From positions 1 to 64,000 of the forward strand of contig JBEIPA010000012.1 in assembly GCA_040377305.1 (NCBI GenBank): a stretch of DNA of 64,000 bases. Reading direction: 5' to 3'. Position 1 is the first letter of the stretch. Every line of letters begins with the position of its first letter. This document shows, in pieces, positions 57,102-64,000 of the stretch. The stretch comes from Flavobacteriales bacterium. Lineage in GTDB: Bacteria; Bacteroidota; Bacteroidia; Palsa-965. A program made the translations under genes and the position numbers. Below the pieces are notes generated by a model that worked only from the letters and a program-made list of their open reading frames with translations, was not told where the DNA came from and searched no databases.

Positions 57102-60100
57102 CTACTGACCCCGAATAACTCGTATCGTCTGAACACTGCTACCCACCAACCTCACCGAATAAATTCCATCCGCCCAATCATTCATATCCAACTGCGTAGT
57201 GGTTTTTCCTTCGACGTTCTCGGCATAAACCAGTTTGCCGTTTGCATCAAACACTTCGAGTGTGGAAACGTTTGCATCTGCTGTCCACTGCACCGTTGTG
57301 AAATCAGCAGCTGGATTTGGATAAGCGAGTACTCCATTGCTTTGTGTAACACCATCGATTCCCATGCACAGGTCGACAAACACAATGGCATTCGCGGAGT
57401 TGTAGCAACCGTTTCCATCCGTGTAATCGTAGGTCAAGGTTACGAAACCTGTTCCTGCTGCTCCAGGGAAGAATTGATTTCCGATAATTCCCGGACCGGA
57501 ATACGTTCCGCCTGCTGGTGAACCGCCTGTAAGTACCAGCGGATTACTGAATACACAGAACGAAGTATCGTTGCCCATCGAGAACTGAACATTTGGTAAT
57601 GGATTCACCGTGACATTGATTGCAGTCGATGTAACTCCGCACGATCCGTTGGAAACATCAACCGTGTAACTTCCTGATTGCGTCACCACAATTGAACTTG
57701 TTGTTGCACCTGTACTCCAGAGATACGATGTACCACCACTAGCAGTGAGTGTAACCGCACCGCCTGCGCAGAATGTTGTCGGTCCGCCTGCAGAAATGTT
57801 TGCAGTAGGAGGAGGGACAACCGTTACCGAAATAGAATTGGAGTTTGCAGTACATCCGTTCGCGCCTGTCACCACACAATCGTAAGTTCCGGATGCTGAA
57901 ACAAGAATGGATTGCGTTGTAGCGCCTGTGCTCCACAAATAGCTATTCGCACTTGCTACCGTAAGCGTTACGTTTCCACCTGTACAGAATGTTGTTGGTC
58001 CACCTGCAGAAATGCTTGCAGTAGGAGCCGGATTCACAACAACCGTAATGGTGGAAGTTGTATCGCTGCACATTCCGTTGGAGACGATGCAATAGTACGT
58101 TCCTGCAACACTTACGTTGATTGCAGTAGTTGTTGCACCTGAACTCCACAGGTAATTAGTGCCGCCACCAGCTGTGAGTGTTACAACATCGCCCTGACAA
58201 ATTGTAGTAGATCCGGAAGCAGTGATTGTTGCGCTCGGAGTTGAGTTTACTGTAACCGTTATCGGCGATGAAACTGCGGTGCATCCATTCGCCGAAGAGG
58301 TAGTGACACTATACGTTCCTGAAGTAGAAACTGTAATGGCTTGCGTCGTTGCGCCTGTGCTCCATAAGTAACTATTCGAAGCATCTGCTGTTAGTGTTAC
58401 GTTGTCGCCCGCGCAGAAACTCAGCGGACCTGATGCCGTGATTCCTGCTGTTGGCGCTGGATTAACTACCACAGTTACCAGTGAAGTTGTATCAGTACAA
58501 GTTCCATTGGAAACAACACAGTAGTAATTTCCTGCAGTACTTACGTTGATTGCCGTCGTTGTTGCTCCTGTGCTCCACGTGTAAGTGGTGCCACCACCTG
58601 CAGTTAAGGTTACCACATCTCCCTGACAAATTGTTGTAGGACCAGACGTGCTGATCGTTGCGTTCGGAGTTGTGTTCACGGTAACTGTTACCGGCGATGA
58701 TTGTGCAGTACATCCATTCGCTCCGGTGGTAATTACGTTGTACGAACCGGAAGTTGTGACAACGATTGAAGAAGTTGTTGCACCTGTGTTCCACAAATAA
58801 CCGTTAGCAGCATTGGCAAACAATGTTACGTTATCGCCAGCGCAGAATGTTGTAGGTCCGCCAGCTGTAATGCTCGCTGTTGGTGATGGATTTACCGTAA
58901 CCACTACGGATGAAGTTGTGTCTGTACACGATCCGTTTGATACAACGCAGTAGAAAGTTCCGCTTGTGCTTACGGTGATTGCTGAAGTTGTTGCTCCTGT
59001 ACTCCACAGGTAAGTTCCACCACCGCCTGCAGTGAGTACAACGTTATCTCCCGAACAGAATGTTGTTGGTCCGCCGGTTGAAAGTGTTGCAACTGGTGGC
59101 GCGATTACATTCACATTCACGACCTGTGAATTCGAAACACAACCGTTTGCATTGGTCACGGCTACGGAGTACGCACCGCCCGAAGTCACCAGTATCGTTT
59201 GCGTAGTAGCCCCGTTGCTCCATAAATAAGAAGATGACATCGGAACAGAAAGTGTAACGCTTCCACCCGAACAGAAGGTTGTTGGACCGCTTGGTGTGAT
59301 TGTCGCATTCGGCATTGCAATAACGTTGATGCGTGCTGTATCTGTTACGTTCACGTTTCCGCAACCGGGCTGTGAGATTGTAATCGTAATGACTTGTGTT
59401 CCTGATCCCATTCCGCTTGTGTTAATCGGAATGGTCAATGCAGAACCGGTTCCGTTTGTTGCTGCAGAAACTGGAGTGCTGTTCCAGAATGCCTGATACG
59501 TTACGCCAACCTGACTTGTGTTCAATGTTACGTTTGAAGTTGTAACATCATCGCAAATGGTTGCACCGGAAACTGTCATGGCCTGCGACATTGGATTGTT
59601 GTACACAGCAATGACGGGTGTGCGTGTCGGTGATGGGCAACCGGCAGCAGAAACAATGACAACCCAGAATGTATCTGTTGCTGTAAGATTGGTGAGCGTG
59701 TACGTTCCGGAAGTTTGTCCGTTGATCGGAGTTCCGTTAACTGCAACGCTATACCACTGATAACTTCCACCAACTGGTGCACCACTCGCAGTGAGTACTG
59801 CATTTCCGCTTCCGCAAACGGTATCGTTAACTGTTGTTGCAGCTACAGGAAGCGGATTCACAACCACCGTGTTTGTTTGTGGAGTAGTTACGCATCCGTT
59901 AGGATTTGAAATGACGAGTGTATAAACTCCTGCGTGAATTGCAGCTGCATTGAGAATAGGAGCAGGCACTTGCTGATTCGAAGTGAAACCATTTGGTCCG
60001 TTCCAGGAATAAGTTGCTCCTGCAATCAACGGTGAGCTGAGCTGAATGATATTTCCTTCGCACACGGGTGAATTCGAAAACGCAACCATGTTGTTGTGAT

Positions 60101-63100
60101 ACAACGCGAGTACTTCATCTGAATTCAACGCGCGATTGTACACGCGACCATCGTCGTAAATTCCTTCGAAGATTGCATTGCCCAATCCGTTCGCCTGTCT
60201 GCCAATCTGGAAATTCGTGATCGTGTTTGTAATAACACCGGTGTACGCCAAATCTCCGGTCTGCACACCGTTCTGATAAATTTTCAGTCGCGAACCATTG
60301 TACGTTACAACAATATGATGCCAGGTGTTGTACGGAACGTTTTGTGAACTGTTCACATACGTTGCACCGTTGATTCTCCAACGAACACGATTCATTTGCT
60401 GGCCTTGACCAACGTCATAATAATTGTCGAGTCCCATGTACAATCCGTTGTTCTGCCACTTGTTCATGAGTGGACTGAAGAATCCGTAGTTGGGATTTGT
60501 TTCGTAAATCCACAACGACATCGTGATCTGCGTGGTGAGCGCCTGAAAATCTCCTGGGTTACCTGCGTCGACGTACGCGTTTACCACGGGTTGAAGCGCG
60601 TGTGCAGCCTGACCGAGTCGATCGTTAACGTAAGCGCCGTTCCAGTTCAGTGTTGCGTGATTATTTCGTCCGCTCGAATCGGCCGTGTTGCCATCGAACA
60701 TCCAGTGTGCAATTAATCCTGTGTAAAGATCAACTGCAGGTGCTGTCGCGAGATTGATAGTCGCGGTTACTGCTGTGCGTCCTGTTTCGCATCCGTTAAA
60801 CAAAATGGATACGTAGTATGTTGTGGTCGTACTCAACGTTGGAGTAGAATAGGTGGCTCCAACGTGGAATGGACTTCCGCCCACTGCAGCCGTGTACCAA
60901 TTGTATGTTGCACCAACCGGCGCACCGCTTGCACTTAGTGAAACACTTCCAGGTTCGCATCGTGATGCTCCGACCGTAGTTGGTAATGCGGGAAGAACAA
61001 TTACGGTAACTGTCACCGAACTGATGATGACTGAACAGCCGTTCGGGCCTGTAGCCACAACCTGGAAAGTAGTATTTGCTGTTAAGTTTCCTGTTGCGAA
61101 TGAAAGTGTATCGCAGTTTCCTGCTTGTGCCGCTCCGATGTTTGCACTCGTTGCTGCATTCTGTAATTGATATGTAACGCCTTTTTGTGTGCCGATTACT
61201 TTAATTGAGCTCGCTGTGTTCGGACAAACCTGGGTTGGAACAGCAACCAGATTCATTGCATCCGGTTGTTCCATCATCAGTGAAATCATTTCCTGTTGTG
61301 AAATTGCCCGGTTGTAAATCCGGAAATCATCGAACGCGGCATTCGCATACGCATCTCCGGCCCACTGACTTCTTCCGATGTAACACATGGTGCGGAGAAC
61401 GTTTTGCGGAGTCGTGTGCGTACCGGCTGCAATCTGGGTACCGTTCATGTAAACCCGCGCCGCATTTCCGGTAAGCGTGTAGGTGAGTAACTGCCACGTG
61501 TTCGTGCCGGTTGCTGTTGCACTCGATGCAACACCACCAGACACAGTACCGTTATAAACTTCTCCATGCGGACGACCATTTGTACCCTGAGACAGACACA
61601 GCAACACGTTGTTGTTGGCAGGACCGTTCGCAAAATCGAATACCCGACTCCAACTGGTGTACGTGTTTACTTTCACCCAACAGCTTACTGTGAAATCTCC
61701 ATTGAAGTAAACACCGTCTGGTGCATCAACATATCCATTTGTTCCGTTGAACTGAAGCGCTCCACCTGGATTTCCAAAACGATCGTTCACCGCCGTTACA
61801 CCACCGATCATAGTTCCGTTCAATCCGTTTCCACTCGCATCGTTTGCATTCGCGTTAAACGGATAGTGCAATATCAATCCTGTTGTAAGCGACGACACCA
61901 GTGAAGATGTCTGTGTCATGTTGTTAGGTCCTTGAACAACACTTACAACGGTTGTAACTGTTGCCGAGCAACCTGCTTTTGTAATGGTGAGCGTATACGT
62001 GCCTGCATCAGACAAACCAGCATTCGGAATAACCGGATTTTGTTGTGTGGAAGAGAATCCGTTCGGTCCATTCCACTGGTAAGTTGCTCCACCGGTAACG
62101 TTCGCTCCAAAAAGTGTAAGTGCAGTTCCGCTGCAAACAGGAGAATTCGCACTTGCTGCATTGAGCTGATAGAAAATGTAGCGACTGACTGTTCCATTCA
62201 CATCGTTCCAATGACCGTGTGTGAGCATGTGACCAAAATCCTCATTACTCGCATTGTTCGGTTCGCCGGGATACCATGTTGTGTAACCATTGGGATAGCC
62301 GCCTTCCCATGCAAACGCTCCTTCTGTGACTTGATCAGTGTATCCGATGAACGCACCTGTAGAAACGTGAAGTGCAAGCATATTGTTTGTGGTGTAATCA
62401 GGAATGTATGCGAGATTTCCTCCATTAGAAATGCATGTAGTTCTTGCTGTTGCCCACGTTTGCTGCACATTACTCACAAAATAGTTTCTTCCGTTTGTCG
62501 ATCCAACAAAGCGAAAAAGTGAAGCCGATGGAATGTCTCCCAATACTCCGTTGACTGTAAATGTTGCTGTGCTTGCTGCGCCAATGGAAACGGGCGTGTT
62601 TGTGATTACTCGAAGCTTGTATCCTGTTCCCGATGGCATTGCTTCCGGAACTGTACACGTAATAGTTGCTGTTGCCGCATTCGAAACGAGTGATCCTATT
62701 TCAACCGGATTCGTGAATGCACCATTCGCATCCGAAATCTGAACACTGTATGTGTTTCCGTTTGCAATTGCACCTGTTGATGAAATGTCGACCGTGATTT
62801 GTTGTCCGGCACACAGCACAGAAGGAGAAATATTCGTCACTGTTCCGGAAACTACCCCTACTGTTGACAGCGTTGTCACTTCGTCTGGTGTGAGCGCGCG
62901 ATTGTACACACGGAATTCATCAATAGCGCCATTCATCGGATACCAGTCTGATGCATAGCGAGCGAGCATGAGATTTTTTGTGTTCATCGTTGCGAAATTC
63001 GGCGCGCCCGGAGTTGTCTGAACAAGAGTTCCGTTGATGTACATTCTCTGTTCAGTGGCATCCATAATGTACACGAAGTGTTGCCACTGGGCTGTGGAAA

Positions 63101-63593
63101 TTCCAGACTGAACAAATTGGCATGTAGTCATACTCACATTGCCAATGCGGTTGTTCATTGCACCTGCTCCCGTGAGTGAAGTGTTGAACCAAAGTCCGCC
63201 ACCTGCATCACCATCTTTCGCAAATACACAATGATCGCCGCCTGCAACGACATTGCCCGTGCCATTTGTTCCGGTAACACTATTTAGTTTCAGCCAGAAT
63301 GAAAATGAACATGCAGTTGTAAACTGAAGTGTGGGGCTGTTTGGAATTGTTACTTCACCCCAACCGGTTGTACCGTTGAAGTTGTAAGCCGAGTTTGCAT
63401 TTCCCCACTGATCCGTAGTTGGAGCAGCAGTGCCGCCCGGAATTCCATTGTTTCCATTTCCACTGTAGTCAAGTGCATTTCCGTTGAACGGATAATATCC
63501 TACGAGTCCGTTCGATAAATTCACTTGCGCGAATGATGACATCAGACATGCAAACACAGCAATTCCAGCGAGTAGTTTCTTCTTCAAATTCAT
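57102..63593 (-). CDS. Large T9SS-secreted surface protein: three LamG-like domains, a C-type lectin domain and many Ig-like repeats
   Basis: MNLKKKLL signal peptide (TACTTTTG at 63624-63631); three Y/W.F.GN..D.SG..D..R.YNRAL domains; GEPNN..WND; GPTTFC.G..VTL...YLWSTGATT repeats; YPNP CTD. Confidence 0.9.
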   Translation of the reverse strand: MNLKKKLLAGIAVFACLMSSFAQVNLSNGLVGYYPFNGNALDYSGNGNNGIPGGTAAPTTDQWGNANSAYNFNGTTGWGEVTIPNSPTLQFTTACSFSFWLKLNSVTGTNGTGNVVAGGDHCVFAKDGDAGGGLWFNTSLTGAGAMNNRIGNVSMTTCQFVQSGISTAQWQHFVYIMDATEQRMYINGTLVQTTPGAPNFATMNTKNLMLARYASDWYPMNGAIDEFRVYNRALTPDEVTTLSTVGVVSGTVTNISPSVLCAGQQITVDISSTGAIANGNTYSVQISDANGAFTNPVEIGSLVSNAATATITCTVPEAMPSGTGYKLRVITNTPVSIGAASTATFTVNGVLGDIPSASLFRFVGSTNGRNYFVSNVQQTWATARTTCISNGGNLAYIPDYTTNNMLALHVSTGAFIGYTDQVTEGAFAWEGGYPNGYTTWYPGEPNNASNEDFGHMLTHGHWNDVNGTVSRYIFYQLNAASANSPVCSGTALTLFGANVTGGATYQWNGPNGFSSTQQNPVIPNAGLSDAGTYTLTITKAGCSATVTTVVSVVQGPNNMTQTSSLVSSLTTGLILHYPFNANANDASGNGLNGTMIGGVTAVNDRFGNPGGALQFNGTNGYVDAPDGVYFNGDFTVSCWVKVNTYTSWSRVFDFANGPANNNVLLCLSQGTNGRPHGEVYNGTVSGGVASSATATGTNTWQLLTYTLTGNAARVYMNGTQIAAGTHTTPQNVLRTMCYIGRSQWAGDAYANAAFDDFRIYNRAISQQEMISLMMEQPDAMNLVAVPTQVCPNTASSIKVIGTQKGVTYQLQNAATSANIGAAQAGNCDTLSFATGNLTANTTFQVVATGPNGCSVIISSVTVTVIVLPALPTTVGASRCEPGSVSLSASGAPVGATYNWYTAAVGGSPFHVGATYSTPTLSTTTTYYVSILFNGCETGRTAVTATINLATAPAVDLYTGLIAHWMFDGNTADSSGRNNHATLNWNGAYVNDRLGQAAHALQPVVNAYVDAGNPGDFQALTTQITMSLWIYETNPNYGFFSPLMNKWQNNGLYMGLDNYYDVGQGQQMNRVRWRINGATYVNSSQNVPYNTWHHIVVTYNGSRLKIYQNGVQTGDLAYTGVITNTITNFQIGRQANGLGNAIFEGIYDDGRVYNRALNSDEVLALYHNNMVAFSNSPVCEGNIIQLSSPLIAGATYSWNGPNGFTSNQQVPAPILNAAAIHAGVYTLVISNPNGCVTTPQTNTVVVNPLPVAATTVNDTVCGSGNAVLTASGAPVGGSYQWYSVAVNGTPINGQTSGTYTLTNLTATDTFWVVIVSAAGCPSPTRTPVIAVYNNPMSQAMTVSGATICDDVTTSNVTLNTSQVGVTYQAFWNSTPVSAATNGTGSALTIPINTSGMGSGTQVITITISQPGCGNVNVTDTARINVIAMPNATITPSGPTTFCSGGSVTLSVPMSSSYLWSNGATTQTILVTSGGAYSVAVTNANGCVSNSQVVNVNVIAPPVATLSTGGPTTFCSGDNVVLTAGGGGTYLWSTGATTSAITVSTSGTFYCVVSNGSCTDTTSSVVVTVNPSPTASITAGGPTTFCAGDNVTLFANAANGYLWNTGATTSSIVVTTSGSYNVITTGANGCTAQSSPVTVTVNTTPNATISTSGPTTICQGDVVTLTAGGGTTYTWSTGATTTAINVSTAGNYYCVVSNGTCTDTTSLVTVVVNPAPTAGITASGPLSFCAGDNVTLTADASNSYLWSTGATTQAITVSTSGTYSVTTSSANGCTAVSSPITVTVNSTPSATITASGSTTICQGDVVTLTAGGGTNYLWSSGATTTAINVSVAGTYYCIVSNGMCSDTTSTITVVVNPAPTASISAGGPTTFCTGGNVTLTVASANSYLWSTGATTQSILVSASGTYDCVVTGANGCTANSNSISVTVVPPPTANISAGGPTTFCAGGAVTLTASGGTSYLWSTGATTSSIVVTQSGSYTVDVSNGSCGVTSTAINVTVNPLPNVQFSMGNDTSFCVFSNPLVLTGGSPAGGTYSGPGIIGNQFFPGAAGTGFVTLTYDYTDGNGCYNSANAIVFVDLCMGIDGVTQSNGVLAYPNPAADFTTVQWTADANVSTLEVFDANGKLVYAENVEGKTTTQLDMNDWADGIYSVRLVGSSVQTIRVIRGQ

Positions 63594-63817
63594 GATTTTT
63601 TTGTTTGTTTCACGATCACAATACAAAAGTATTGCCGTGACAGCGGGCAAATTTACCGGACAGAACTCGTAACCGCGATTAAGGACTTACTTTTGGTATT
63701 TCCATGACGTAAGTCGTTGAAAACTAGCAATTAAAGGTACTTGGATGTGAACTCACAGTACCCTTGTGTCAAGGTTTTGTCGATTGACTTATCTTCGCAG
63801 GAACAAACAAAAAACAC

Positions 63818-64000
63818 ATGAAGAAACTTCTACTCATTTTCACCGCGTTCTTGAGCATTTCGGCAATGGCTCAAACGCAGATTCAGATGCCGATTTCAAC
63901 CCAATCCGGAACTTTCTCCGGAAGCGTGCGCGGATATTATTTCGTTGCACCAACCTGTTTCACAATTACAGGGCTAATGGTTCCAACTGATGCCAGTACT
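63818..64000 (+). CDS. Secreted protein, 5' part only (runs off the window)
   Basis: MKKLLLIFTAFLSISAMAQ signal peptide; reading frame open to the window end. Confidence 0.75.
   Translation, partial: MKKLLLIFTAFLSISAMAQTQIQMPISTQSGTFSGSVRGYYFVAPTCFTITGLMVPTDAST

Noticed and set aside
57530-59330. Internal DNA repeats as DGR template/variable regions or a repeat array
   Set aside because: They are coding Ig-like domain repeats with synonymous divergence; no reverse transcriptase is present.

Overview
Bacteroidota-type DNA: T9SS C-terminal sorting domains, TAnnTTTG-type promoters and many lipoproteins. Bases 1-135 are low-complexity and probably an assembly artefact. The window holds an IS200/IS605 tnpA, a stress/regulatory cluster (CsbD-like, DUF3494 ice-binding-family lipoprotein, hybrid kinase, two AraC paralogs), housekeeping genes (guaB, pckA, tag), several T9SS cargo genes, an mbnP-mbnH-YHYH operon and a ~2160-aa LamG/C-type-lectin surface protein. 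The main finding is an integron-like gene-cassette system at about 44.9-56.7 kb. A tyrosine recombinase that resembles IntI but lacks the IntI-specific insertion is followed, in the same orientation, by a palindromic attI-like site and a run of small genes. These genes are separated by 80-132 bp TAAC...GTTA hairpin repeats. The bases flanking each cassette are reverse-complementary in a cassette-specific way, which is the footprint expected from integration of circular cassettes. The short repeats appear to carry an embedded promoter, and the repeats decay with distance from the integrase. Other findings are a 21-bp-spaced direct-repeat motif upstream of six promoters in the AraC cluster, a prodomain-less C10 protease, an unrecognised repeated lipoprotein domain and several REP-like palindrome families. 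All calls come from reading motifs by eye; no database search was run.
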